Below, piece by piece: positions 37,195 to 49,352 of a stretch of DNA of 64,000 bases. The notes under the pieces were generated by a model. The model did no database searches. It had not been told where the DNA came from and saw only the letters and a list, made by a program, of their open reading frames with translations. The DNA is taken from positions 1-64,000 of the forward strand of contig NIVC01002234.1 of NCBI GenBank assembly GCA_002269645.1, written 5' to 3'. Position 1 is the stretch's first letter. Every line of letters starts with the position of its first letter. Source of the DNA: Macrostomum lignano. Lineage: Eukaryota. The translations under genes were made by a program, and so were the position numbers.

Positions 37195-37385
37195 AAATTG
37201 GCAGGACGGTTGCGGGCACCCTGGTGCAACGCCCTCGGCGACATCGCCCTACAACCGCGGTGACGCGGTTCTGCCCATTCCACTGACTCCTGAGCATACA
37301 CCTGAATGTGGCCGCGCACCGAATCGAACCAGGGGTCGGGTCCGACGCGTCTAAACAAAACACCATACCCTACACACCGACTGTG
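37195..37385 (-). mobile_element. Possible SINE in cadherin intron 2
   Basis: GC-rich island with B-box GGTTCGATTC on the minus strand and a weak A-box; no coding signal consistent with the gene's phases. Confidence 0.35.
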
Positions 37386-37529
37386 ATGCTTTTCCTTAGG
37401 CTTCTATACGAACGCAAGCTGACGTCCTTAGGCAAGTATACAAAAACGGTTCTGTGACCCCAAGGTCGGATTTCAGTAGTGAAAAAGACTCTCACGACCT
37501 TGCAAACGCATTGTATGAAACACACTAAC

Positions 37530-37669
37530 CCTCAACTGGTAGACTATAGCGCCGTCCATTGTGGCTGTCTGTCGGTACAAAGCAGTCCAGATGTTCTCGG
37601 AGAATGGCAAAAAGACTGGCCTTGCAGAGGTTGGTTGCAATTGCAATTGAAAATCCATACGACGGTACA
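37530..37669 (-). CDS. CadN: Cadherin exon 2
   Basis: Acceptor CTGCAG, donor GTTAGT; YRRMDFQLQLQPTSARPVF...VYQLR; phases 1/0 fit. Confidence 0.78.
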
Positions 37670-37756
37670 CTGCAGTGTGTTTGACAGAGTTATAAAAGTT
37701 AATAATTATTATTTAAAATTCGTATCGAATCAACAGGCCAAGTCTAAGGATTTTAC

Positions 37757-38156
37757 ATCCTCGTCCATCAATAGTCCTAGCCAGTACGGTGAAGTTGATC
37801 TGCCTTTGGTCAACCCTGGCGTAGCTGAGCTCTTGCCCGACTCTCAGCGACACTCGACCGGTGGTAGCGTCGATGGTCAGCTCCGTAGGCTCCGGAGCGT
37901 CGAAGGCGTATCGCTCCATCGGGCTGGGTGGATTCACAGCCGAGAATAGAAACCCACCAGGCTCAACGCTGTCATTCACTGGCACTATGGTCCGGCTAAT
38001 ACCCGTCGATTGACGTTTGACGCGATTTACCTCAACCGCCGAGTCCACTGATAGATTTGAATCTTCCCAATCGGCTGGAAGAGCGCAACTCAATTCCGGA
38101 TGCAAGATGCTTATCAAAAAGACTGCGAGCGCAATCACCCGAAGAATGTGTGCCAT
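37757..38156 (-). CDS. CadN: Cadherin exon 1 (signal peptide, furin site, EC1)
   Basis: ATG 38156: MAHILRVIALAVFLISIL...NRVKRQ; donor GTAAAA at 37756, phase 1. Confidence 0.88.
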
Positions 38157-38984
38157 TCTGCTTGGGACAGTTCTCACGCAGCGAATCAGTCTGTGCTGGG
38201 AGTTCCGATTTGAAAGATTTGACAGTTACGGCTCCTGTTTCTGCTAGGCTATAAGGTGTTGTAAACCTCTCGTACAATATATATAAATCTAGCTGCGTTT
38301 CCCTTTACGACAGCCAATGGTTTGTGAGGAGAGGTTGCCAACAGAGTGAGAGAGAATGCCGACTGTTCTCTACTAAAGCCCTTTCACCTCACCCCCAATG
38401 CCTCCCTATTGAGCAGTAGTCCAGTCTCGTCCCCGCAGTTGCCATTGTATGCCTAGCAGGCAACCTCACTGGGGCGCGGCAGTGGCATGAGTCAGCGCGA
38501 GTCTCTCCCCTGGGATACGCCCAAATCCTTCGTGTCTGTCCTGGTCTTTTCCTATCCGGGGATCTGCTAGGATCTATTGAGGGACTATAAGGGAGAGGGA
38601 AGAAAGTGAAGGACAGAGAGAGAGGTACGGAGTAGCAGCAGCCAAAGTACCTCACCGCTGAGGTGAAGGAGAGGGAATTTTGACTGGGGATGAGTGCGCG
38701 AGGCAGAATGTCCAGGAGAACAGGAATTTCGTCCTCTCTCCCCTTTTGAGGGATCTGTGAGTTGGAGCGTTAGGGGATAGGCTATGGATGCGTCTCAGGT
38801 GAACAAATGTCTTGCTGCGCGGCTTTCAGTTGTGACTATGCCTAAGAGTGCAAGCGCATGAAAGTGAGCCAGACACTGATGCGACCAACTATAATGTGTG
38901 AATTTATGATTACGAATAGAATTTTTGTGCGCCCACAAAACCAATTTCTATAATTGCTTCTTCACAGTTTTTTTAGCTGCAGTC

Positions 38985-39895
38985 TCTACCATTCAACTAC
39001 CGAATCTACCATTCAACTACCGAATCTACCATTCAACTACCGAATCAACCATTCAACTACCGAATCTACCATTCAGCTACCGCATTTACCATTCAACTAC
39101 CGCATCTACCATTCAACTACTGCATCTACCATTCAACTACCGAATCTACCATTCAACTACCGCATCTGCAATTCAACTACCGCATCTACCATTCAACTAC
39201 CGCATCTACCATTCAACTACCGAATCTACCATTCAACTACCGAATCTACCATTCAACTACCGAATCTACCATTCAACTACCGAATCTACCATTCAACTAC
39301 CGCATCTGCAATTCAACTACCGCATCTACCATTCAACTATCGCATCTACAATTCAAAAACCGAATCTACCATATAAATACCGCATCTACAATTCAACTAC
39401 CGCATCTACCATTCAACTACCGCATCTACCATTTAACTACCGCATCTACCATTCAACTACCGCATCTGCAATTCAACTACCGCATCTACCATTCAACTAC
39501 CGCATCTACCATTCAAATACCGCATCAAATACCGCATCTACCATTCAAATACCGCATCTACCATTCAACTATCGCATCTACCATTCAACTACCGCATCTA
39601 CCATTCAACAACCGCATCTACCGTTAAACTACTAAAACTAACCTTCAACTACAGCATCTACCATTCAACTACCGCATCTACTATTCAACTACCGCATCTA
39701 CCATTCAAATACCGCATCAAATACCGCATCTACCATTCAAATACCGCATCTACCATTCAAATACCGCATCTACCATTCAACTACCGCATCTACCATTCAA
39801 CTACCGCATCTACCATTCAACTACCGCATCCACAATTCAACTACCGCATCTACCATTCAACCATCGCATCTACCATTCAACTACCGCATCTACAT
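38985..39895. repeat. 20-bp minisatellite (ATTCAACTACCGMATCTACC)n
   Basis: Direct tandem periodicity. Confidence 0.96.
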
Positions 39896-40497
39896 TCCAA
39901 CCTCTTTTTTCCTGAATAATTAGCTAACGTTGAAATCTCTCAACAGCTCATATGTTGCATCTAAAGAAACTCTGGGAAACTATAATAAAAGCGTAATAAA
40001 TTATGTACGAGTATTGTATGCTTCAATACGAACTGAGGCTATTTAAGGTAAAAAATATTGAGCTTGAGTCACAGACTGCAGTCATATAATTAGTGTGAAC
40101 ATTTCCATCATGGAACTGCAGTTTGCTTCACAAACACTCTAAAAACTCTTCGGACTACCTTTGGGCTTAAAGTAAATTTCTATTTTCTGCTTCAAGACGA
40201 ACCACTTTATGGCATGTGTTTGCCTTTTTCAGACTGCATGGTTTTTTTTGGGGGGGGGAGCTGTTTTGTTTGCAGCAAATATTCAGTCAGCCAGTACTAT
40301 AGGCATATTAGCCATGCTCAGTACACGCAGACTGTTTGGCAAACTTTGCCACCACACTCGCGGCCAATGAATGAGACAATTTGGCAATTACCCGCGAGTT
40401 GAAGACGGATTCTAAAGAATTTTGAGTAAGGTTTTGGATTTCTTTTTATGTTGAACAGTGAAACTGGCCTTTGAAATGCCATCTTACCAAGAATCAA

Positions 40498-40765
40498 AGG
40501 TCAGTAGCTCCGATTCGAATGTCAGTAGCTCCGATTCGAATATCAGTAGCTCCGATTCGGATGTCAGTAGCTCCGATTCGGGTGTCAGTAGCTCCGATTC
40601 GGATGTCAGTAGCTCCGATTCGGATGTCAGTAGCTCCGATTTGGATGTCAGTAGCTCCGATTTGGATGTCAATAACTCCGATTCGGATGTCAATAGCTCC
40701 GATTCGGATGTCAGTAGCTCCGATTCGGATGTCAGTAGCTCCGATTTGGATGTCAATAGCTCCCA
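40498..40765. repeat. 21-bp minisatellite (GATGTCAGTAGCTCCGATTCG)n
   Basis: Direct tandem periodicity. Confidence 0.95.
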
Positions 40766-40780
40766 ATCGTGTATCAGAAG

Positions 40781-42327
40781 CTAAGGAATAGGATGTCAGG
40801 AGGTAAGGAATAGGATGTCAGGAGGTAAGGAATAGGATGTCAGAAGCTAAGGAATAGGATGTCAGGAGCTGAGGAATAGGATGTCAGGAGGTAAGGAATA
40901 GGATGTCAGGAGGTAAGGAATAGGATGTCAGAAGCTAAGGAATAGGATGTCAGGAGCTAAGGAATAGGATGTCAGGAGCTGAGGAATAGGATGTCAGGAG
41001 CTGAGGAATAGGATGTCAGGAGGTAAGGAATAGGATGTCAGGAGCTAAGGAATAGGATGTCAGGAGGTAAGGAATAGGATGTCAGAAGCTAAGGAATAGG
41101 ATGTCAGGAGCTGAGGAATAGGATGTCAGGAGCTGAGGAATAGGATGTCAGGAGCTGAGGAATAGGATGTCAGGAGCTAAGGAATAGGATGTCAGGAGGT
41201 AAGGAATAGGATGTCAGAAGCTAAGGAATAGGATATCAGGAGCTAAGGAATAGGATGTCAGGAGCTGAGGAATAGGATGTCAGGAGCTAAGGAATAGGAT
41301 GTCAGGAGCTGAGGAATAGGATGTCAGGAGGTAAGGAATAGGATGTCAGGAGCTAAGGAATAGGATTTCAGAAGCTGAGGAATAGGATGTCAGGAGCTGA
41401 GGAATAGGATGTTAGGAGCTGAGGAATAGGATGTCAGGAGCTGAGGAATATGATGTCAGGAGCTGAGGAATAGGAAGTCAGGAGCTAAGGCATAGGATGT
41501 CAGGAGCTAAGGAATAGGATGTCAGGAGCTGAGGAATAGGATGTCAGGAGCTGAGAAATAGGATGTCAGGAGCTGAGGAATAGGATGTCAGGAGCTGAGG
41601 AATAGGATGTTAGGAGCTGAGGAATAGGATGTCAGGAGCTGAGGAATAGGATGTCAGGAGCTGAGGAATAGGATGTCAGGAGGTAAGGAATAGGATGTCA
41701 GAAGCTAAGGAATAGGATGTCAGGAGCTGAGGAATAGGATGTCAGGAGGTAAGGAATAGGATGTCAGGAGCTAAGGAATAGGATTTCAGAAGCTGAGGAA
41801 TAGGATGTCAGGAGCTGAGGAATAGGATGTTAGGAGCTGAGGAATAGGATGTCAGGAGCTAAGGCATAGGATGTCAGGAGCTAAGGAATAGGATGTCAGG
41901 AGCTAAGGAATAGGATGTCAGGAGCTGAGGAATAGGATGTCAGGAGCTGAGGAATAGGATGTCAGGAGCTGAGGAATAGGATGTTAGGAGCTGAGGAATA
42001 GGATGTCAGGAGCTGAGGAATAGGATGTCAGGAGCTGAGGAATAGGATGTCAGGAGGTAAGGAATAGGATGTCAGAAGCTAAGGAATAGGATGTCAGGAG
42101 CTGAGGAATAGGATGTCAGGAGCTGAGGAATAGGATGTCAGGAGCTGAGGAATAGGATGTCAGGAGCTAAGGAATAGGATGTCAGGAGGTAAGGAATAGG
42201 ATGTCAGGAGGTAAGGAATAGGATGTCAGGAGGTAAGGAATAGGATGTCAGGAGGTAAGGAATAGGATGTCAGGAGGTAAGAAATAGGATGTCAGGAGCT
42301 GAGGAATATGATTCAGGAGCTAAGGAA
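40781..42327. repeat. 22-bp minisatellite (GATGTCAGGAGCTRAGGAATAG)n, about 70 units
   Basis: Direct tandem periodicity. Confidence 0.96.
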
Positions 42328-42370
42328 TTAGGGTTAGGGTTAGGGTTAGGGTTAGGGTTAGGGTTAGGGT
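42328..42370 (+). repeat. Interstitial telomeric repeat (TTAGGG)7
   Basis: Perfect run embedded in the last satellite unit. Confidence 0.95.
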
Positions 42371-42893
42371 ATGTCAGGAGCTTTGACTGCAAACTTAAGG
42401 AAAAATTTGCTTATTGCATCGCACTAAGCACCCTCTTATGTAACCGTGACTGTTATTAAAGAAAAGAGCTTGACACCTTCGTGCCAAAATTATTTTGCAC
42501 AATATAGGAAAGAGCCAGTTGTAATAATATTGTGCCTGTCATGCTCAGAGGGTCACGCAGTCAATGTGACTGGAGCCGTGAGAAAATGAAGCTTCTTAAT
42601 ATAGTTTATACAGAGGCTAACCCATATATAATAGAGACCAAATTAAGTAGCGAGACCTCCCACAGGGCTGCTCTGAAATTGTTTTCACAGCTGCTATTCT
42701 GAGGCCAAAGTAATATAATAATATGTCTAGATATATTGTATAACCTACAACCAACCAACTAGCTAACTTTACTTAACCTGGGGTTTGAAACAACAGAGGA
42801 TGGATGCAAACTAATTGTGATAACAGACATTAATACAGTATCGACAGATATATTGTATACGCACTACTTTGTAGCAATGAGTAAGTAGTATCA

Positions 42894-45788
42894 TCTCTAC
42901 ATATAAAAATCAAAACTCTGTCTGTCTGTCTGTCTGTCTGTCTGTGGACAATTTACTTCGCTATGGACTCCCAAACCGCTCAACCAAATTACACCAAACT
43001 TTACACCCACCCTAAACTTACTACGGAGAATGTCTTAGGCTACCTTAAAATTTCCTAAATTTGAGTCTTCCTACCTAAAAGTACAAAAAACTGCTCAAAA
43101 TGCGCGATTTTTTCACTTAATCCTCCATAGCGCCGCTCCACTTCTACCGATCCTCTTCAAATTTGACACAATCAATTTTCAACTATTTTGACACAATCGT
43201 GTAAAATTTCGAGTCTCAAAGTTAATCCTGAACGGCGCTGTGCACTTTTAAAGTTTGGCTGTTTTTTTCAGCGAAACAGCCACCCCAACCTCCGCCCGCC
43301 TGCCTTTCTTTCTTTCTTGGATGAGGAAGATGGCAATCGATAAGACTAGCATAGTTGTCTGTGGTACAAAAAGCGATACGATGCAATCCTGATTCCTGAA
43401 TTAGTCACACAAAATAGAATTTGTAACACTAAGTCCTATTTAAAGGCACTTTAAAATTCAAATGCCCCCAAAGAAAAGCGCATTGGGTCATTTCACTGCT
43501 GCAGCTAGACGATGGAGATCTACAAGGCAAAGCAATGCGGCTGAAGCAGGAACATCACATAGCACAGAGGAAGCAGACAACACAGGTAGCTCTGCCCAGG
43601 CCAGATCGAGTGCAAGTGCCTTAGGAGAACAAGCCCAGAAAAGAAGCCTTCGACCACCGACAAGATCATTGACATCAGCAGCCGGCGCCAGCACTTCCGA
43701 TGGAACTGGAAGTACACAGGTTCCTCTCAGGGCTGCAAATTGGGAAGAAAGACGACGTGAACAAAAAAGACAGCAAACAGCCGAGGCACGACGCAATGAA
43801 ACGACTGTTCAGACTCAGCAACGACAGGAACGGGACAGAGATCAGACCGCAGAGGCACGACGCAATGAAACGACTGTCCAGACTCAGCAACGACAGGAGC
43901 GGGACAGAGATCAGACCGCAGAGGCACGACGCAATGAAATGTCTCCGTTTGAAAATGAAATCTTCAACTATTTTGGCACAATTATGTAAAATTTCGAGTC
44001 TCAACGTTAATCCTGAGCGGTGCTGTGCACTTTTAAAATTAGGCTGTTTTTTTCAGCGTAGCAACCACCCCAACCTCCGACCGCCTGCCTCTCTTTCCCG
44101 ATCTGGGCCCAGATGTGTAAAAGGGGTTTCAAAATTGACTAACTTTCAACTGCCATAACTTTGCTCCACGTAAAGCGATTGACTTCAAACTTGACACAAT
44201 TCTTCATCGACTCATTCTCTATCTAAATGTTTCAGCTCTGTAACTCAACCGAAAAAGAAACTGTAAGCATGTGAAGTTTGTCTGCTTTTTCTGTTGTTTG
44301 TGGCGCTCAACTCACTCATTCTCCCAGCCCAGACGAAGGGTCAGGCGATAGGGCTCAATGTACATAGCGAATGTACAGTGTTTAGGAATAAATTTTTTTA
44401 TGGCCTTCTCTGCACCCCGCGCGTGGAGAGGCAACGTTTGACAGTTTAGCGAGAGATTCAAGCCACTGTCCTTTGTATAGACAAGTCTGCAGCAGTTTAA
44501 CAGTGGATGGATGGCAAATCAAGGCGATGTGGGATGGTTTGTAAAAATAGCGAGAAATTAATAAATAACTGATTGCAATGCAATCCTACTAAAAGTTACA
44601 CCACGAAAATTTTAACATTAAGATTTGCATAAAGTACTTCAAAATTTAAATGGTTCCTAAGAAATGCGTATTTCGTTGGTTGTTAGACTGCTGCAGAGTG
44701 GTGATGGAGCTGGAGATACACAAATTCCTTTCAGGGCTGCAAATTGGCCAGAAAGATGACGTGATTAAAGCATGAGAAATGATAACAACCATGATAGTAC
44801 TACGTCCCGCAAACTGGCTTTCGAAGCAGGGATCGGCAGATTTTTACCTGAAAGGTAAAATCCAGCTTTTTATCCAGCTCATGGCTGCAGGCCAGATGAG
44901 AGTGAAAAGGAGAAGGAATAGACTATTAGAAAGGGAGGAGGGGCGAGAGGGGGGTAAGAAAAAAGATAGACGATAATAAGAGAGATGAGGGGTAAGGAGA
45001 GAGCAGACAGCAGAGTATATGGGAGGAAGAAGCAAGAGGAGGGGAGAGAGGAGGGAGAGGAAATAGTAAAGGTGAGAAGAGGGAGAGAGAAGAGGGGAGA
45101 GATGAGACAGAGGATCGATGGGAGAGGAGAGTAGAGAAGAGTGAGAAGAGAGTAGAGATGAGAGATGAAGGAAGAGAGAGCAGAGTGCAGAGAGATGGGA
45201 GAAGAGAATAGAGGGGAGAGAGTATACAAGAGGGGAAAGAGAAGAGTACACAGGAGAGAGGAGAGTAGAGATGACAGAAGGGAAAGGGGGATGAGAGAGC
45301 AAAGGTGAGAGTGAACAGACGATATATGAGAGAAGAGAGGAGAGTGGAGAGAGAAGAGAGAAGACAAGAGAGGGAGAGAGTATAGAAGAGGGAAGAGAAG
45401 AGAAGAGAAGAAAGGAGAAAGAAAAGAGAGGGGGAAAAAGAGGGGAAAAAGAAGAGTACAGAGGAGAGAGGTGAGAGAACACACGAGTATAAGAGAGTAA
45501 TGACAGATGAGAGAGGGGAGATAAGAGAGCAGAAACAAGAGTGAACAGACGAGAGATGGGAGAGTAGAGAGAAAAGAGGAGAGGTGAGACAAAGGGAGAG
45601 AGAAGTGAGTGAGGAAGAGGAGGGGAGGAGAGGGGAGAGAATCGAGAGGACAGGGAAAGAGGGGAAAGGATGAGAGAGAGAGGAAAGAGGGGAAAGGATG
45701 AGAGAGAGAGGAAAGAGGGGAAAGGATGAGAGAGGAGAATACAGATGAGACAGGAGAGAGCAGAGAGCAGAGAGCAGAGAGAGAGAGA

Positions 45789-45846
<58 letters not shown>

Positions 45847-46169
45847 CAAGCAGAGAGTAATGGGAAGAGATAAGAGAGAAAAGAGGTGAGGAAAGAGATG
45901 AGAGGAGAGAGTGGAGAGAGGAGAGGAGAGAGTTGAGAGAAGAGATGAGAAAGGGGAGAGGAGTCGATGAAGGAAGTGTTGAAAGGGTAGAGTAAGGAGT
46001 GAGAAGAGAAGAGAAGTAAGAGACAAGAGACGAGAGAGAAAAGAGGAAACAGAAGAGAAGATAGAAATTTCAAAGGATCCAAGGGGCATAGGGAGACAGA
46101 GAGGCAGATGCAGAGGCAGAGGCCAGCCAGACTGCCAGAGTTTGCCTGGCATTCTGCGCAGCACCCTAG
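42894..46169 (+). mobile_element. Helitron-like element with truncated RepHel-like 5' ORF (3' end uncertain)
   Basis: A|TCTCTACATATAAAAATC start plus (GTCT)n; shares AGCCACCCCAACCTCCGCCCGC, a TGTACATAGC..TGTACAGTG block and a ~1.1-kb purine tract with the intronic stack; tentative end at GCCAG..CTGGC hairpin and CTAG 46166-46169. Confidence 0.65.
43462..43989 (+). pseudogene. Truncated N-terminus of a Helitron RepHel-like protein
   Basis: MPPKK start and 23-aa (69-bp) charged repeats QTAEARRNETTVQTQQRQERDRD, similar to low-complexity RepHel N-termini. After ~43940 the DNA switches to a copy of upstream 43175-43300 non-coding sequence. No Rep or helicase motifs present. Confidence 0.55.
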
Positions 46170-46434
46170 CCAACAATATCAATGTTTGCCTCAAATCCTA
46201 ATTTTACACAAATGTGTACTCTATTTTATGTTTAACTCTTTCGTAACTATTAACAAGTTTTTGTTTGAGTTAGACCTCAGATTTTAGAATACATGCAAAA
46301 ATAGTTCCGGGGATTGAAATTCCCCGGGTTCAAAATCCGCGGGTTTCAACAGCTTGTATACAATTAAAAGCAATTCTGCATTCTTTAAATTTAAATAGCT
46401 CATACAATCGTAGTCTTCACTTGGTCCCTACAGT

Positions 46435-47680
46435 TATTTTCACTCTGATGTCACTCGCTCAACTCGGTAATTGTGATCAACTCGGTAATTTTCACCCAGA
46501 TGTCACTCGCTCAACTCGGTAATTGTCACTCTGATGTCACTCGCTCAACTCGGTAATTGTGATCAACTCGGTAATTTTCACTCAGATGTCACTCGCTCAA
46601 CTCGGTAATTGTCACTCTGTTGTCACTTGCTCACCCGGTAATTGTCACTCTGATGTCACTCGATCAACTCGGTAATTTTCACTCTGATGTCACTCACTCA
46701 ACTCGGTAATTGTCACTCTGATGTCACTCACTCAACTCGGTAATTGTCACTCTGATGTCACTCACTCAACTCGGTAATTGTCACTCTGATGTCACTCGCT
46801 CAACTCGGTAATTGTCACTCTGATGTCACTCGCTCACTCAGTAATTGTCACTCGCTCAACTCGGTAATTGTCACTGATGTCACTCGCTCACTAAGTAACT
46901 GTCACTCTAATTGTCACTCGCTCACTCAATAATTGTCACTCTGATGTTACTTGCTCACTCAGTAATTGCCACTCTGATGACACTCGCTCAACTCGGTAAT
47001 TGTCACTCTGATGTCACTCGCTCACTCAGTAATTGTCACTCGCTCAACTCGGTAATTGTCACTGATGTCACTCGCTCACTAAGTAACTGTCACTCTAATT
47101 GTCACTCGCTCACTCAATAATTGTCACTCTGATGTTACTTGCTCACTCAGTAATTGCCACTCTGATGACACTCGCTCAACTCGGTAATTTTCACTCTGAT
47201 GTCACTCGCTCACTCAGTAATTGCCACTCTGATGACACTCGCTCAACTCGGTAATTTTCACTCTGATGTCACTCGCTCACTCAGTAATTGTCACTCTGAT
47301 TTCCCTCGTTTACTAAGTAATTGCCACTAGCTGATGTCACTCGCTCACTCAGTAATTGTCACTCTGGTGTCACTCGCTCAACTCGGTAATTTTCACTCTG
47401 ATGTCACTCGCTCACTCAGTAATTGTCACTCTGATTTCCCTCGTTTACTAAGTAATTGCCACTAGCTGATGTCACTCGCTCACTCAGTAATTGTCACTCT
47501 GGTGTCACTCGCTCAACTCGGTAATTTTCACTCTGATGTCACTCGCTCAACTCGGTAATTTTCACTCTGATGACACTCGCTCAACTCGGTAATTGTCACT
47601 CTAATGTCACTCGATCAACTCGGTAATCTTCACTCTGATGTCACTTGTTCACTCGGTAATTGTCACTCTGATGTCACTCT
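46435..47680. repeat. About 34-bp minisatellite (TGTCACTCTGATGTCACTCGCTCAACTCGGTAAT)n
   Basis: Tandem units with internal GTCACTC sub-repeat and variants. Confidence 0.94.
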
Positions 47681-48129
47681 GTTTTCACACGCTTGCGATA
47701 AAAGTGTAAAGTGAAAAATAAGATAATAGTTGGCAAAACTTGACGTAAAAAAAACTTAAAATGTATTTTCTGGATATAAAACGCATGGATACATTGAAAC
47801 AAGATTATTCTTTTTTACGAGAAAGATAGACGTAAGCTACACAGCAAGGCAAGCTACAAAAGTACAGTCTCATCACGAAACTAATAGCTCAAATCGATGC
47901 ACTTTTCAAGCGCATTTTCTGGGGTAAAAAAGCACTGAAGTGGACTTGACAATTGCACACTCAACACTGAGTTTTGGTCGGGCCGTCTAGAATATGATTT
48001 GGCGGCTAAAGTAATGTTTGATGCATGGCTGAAGGCAACACTATTGAGTTACATAGGACTTTAGGAGGACAAATTAATTTCTCTCATGGTTTTGCGTATT
48101 CATCTTTGACCGCTAATATAAGACTTTCA

Positions 48130-48755
48130 ACAGCCCAATACAGCCCCAATACAGCCACAATACAGCCCCAATACAGCCACAATACAGTCACAATACAGCC
48201 AAATACAGCCACAATACAGCCACAATACAGCCCCAATACAGCCACAATTCAGACCCAATACAGCCAAAAAACAGCCAAATACAGCTCAATACAGCCACAA
48301 TACAGCCACAATACAGACCCAATACAGCCACAATAAAGCCCCAATACAGCCACAATACAGACCCAAAACAGCCAAAAAACAGCCAAATACAGCCCAATAC
48401 AGCCACAATACAGCCACAATACAGACCCAATACAGCCAAAATAAAGCCACAATACAGCCCCAATACAGCCCCAATACGGCCTCATGCAGCCACAATACAG
48501 CCACAATACAGCCCCAATACAGCCACAATACAGCCACAATACGGCCACAATACAGCCCCAATACAGCCACAATACAGACCCAATACAGCCAAAAAACAGC
48601 CAAATACAGCCCAATACAGCCACAATACAGCCACAATACAGCCAAAAACAGCCCCAATACAGCCACAATACAGCCCCAATACAGCCCCAATACAGCCCCA
48701 ATACAGCCACAATACAGCCCCAATACAGCCACAATACAGCCAAATACAGCCACAA
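48130..48755. repeat. 11-bp repeat (AATACAGCCMC)n
   Basis: Direct periodicity; starts about 45 nt beyond the stop of the helical gene. Confidence 0.94.
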
Positions 48756-48797
48756 TGCCCCCTATCTTAAAAAAGAACACTTTGCACTTTTTCAGTC

Positions 48798-49352
48798 TCA
48801 ACTGTGCAGCGCCAGCATGGCCTCTTCCGCAGACTTCAAGCGTCGCTTGTCCGCGGCTTTCTCGGCCTCCAGCAATCTGTCAACGCTGTCAAAGTTGGCG
48901 ACTTTCGACAGCTCGTCTCGAATTCGTCCGGCAAGATTTTCGAGCTTGGCCGATTTAGCAGCTAGAAACTTCGGCGTTGTTGATTGAACTGCCTCGATCT
49001 CGTCTTCGGCCAGAAAGTCGGCCGGATTGAAGCGGCCGGTTCCGCCGGCGTCCGACAGCTCGCGGAGGTGCCGCAGGCGGACTGCGCGGAGCTCGAGCTC
49101 ACGTCGAATGCTTTGCCGAGCCTGAGTCAGATCGATCAGCTGATTCAGTGACTCCGTGGAAACCGCCAGCTTGGACTCCAGCTGCTCCAGGCGGTGCTTC
49201 CGGTGAAGCAGATCCACCGAGGGCTGACTGTCGACTGCCGATAATGTCGACTGTCTTGCATCCACGTCGTCGTCAAGAACAGCGTTGGTAGGGGCGATTC
49301 TCTCAGCATCGGTGCACAGATCTGCGGCGAAGCTGAGCAGCAGCCGGGCGAG
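48798..49352 (-). CDS. Helical/coiled-coil protein exon 2
   Basis: Acceptor ACCCGCAG after a long pyrimidine tract; LARLLLSFAADL...EEAMLALHS*. Confidence 0.72.
   Translation of the reverse strand, partial: LARLLLSFAADLCTDAERIAPTNAVLDDDVDARQSTLSAVDSQPSVDLLHRKHRLEQLESKLAVSTESLNQLIDLTQARQSIRRELELRAVRLRHLRELSDAGGTGRFNPADFLAEDEIEAVQSTTPKFLAAKSAKLENLAGRIRDELSKVANFDSVDRLLEAEKAADKRRLKSAEEAMLALHS

Larger units (their letters stand above)
9227..38156 (-). other. CadN: Gene span: type-III (DN-cadherin-like) classical cadherin, 18 coding exons, about 2830 aa
   Basis: The exons listed below join in phase to 8493 nt. Domain order: signal peptide, RVKR furin site, about 16 cadherin repeats (DxNDNxPxF, LDYE/LDRE, AxDxD), non-chordate cadherin domain with GSPFY, EGF-LamG-EGF-LamG-EGF, transmembrane helix, p120-binding ENVIDYNEEGGGQED, beta-catenin-binding PFDGVLDYEYEG...WGPKF. 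The symbol means closest known type, not proven orthology. Confidence 0.93.

Noticed and set aside
36954-37366. ORFs 36954-37358 and 37175-37366 as extra cadherin exons
   Set aside because: Exons 2 and 3 join in phase without them and their translations lack cadherin motifs.
10850-37385. Functional tRNA genes at 10850-10947, 35225-35306 and 37300-37385
   Set aside because: Only A/B-box-like motifs without complete stems; better explained as SINE heads.
28003-37949. Plus-strand ORFs overlapping cadherin exons (also those over the IF and helical genes)
   Set aside because: Antisense shadows of GC-rich coding exons with no independent signal.
38389-38900. ORF 38389-38655, or an LTR remnant upstream of the cadherin gene
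   Set aside because: No recognisable domain, paired LTR, primer-binding site or polypurine tract could be established.
42328-42370. True chromosome end
   Set aside because: Only 7 repeats, and the satellite monomer and unique sequence continue on the other side.
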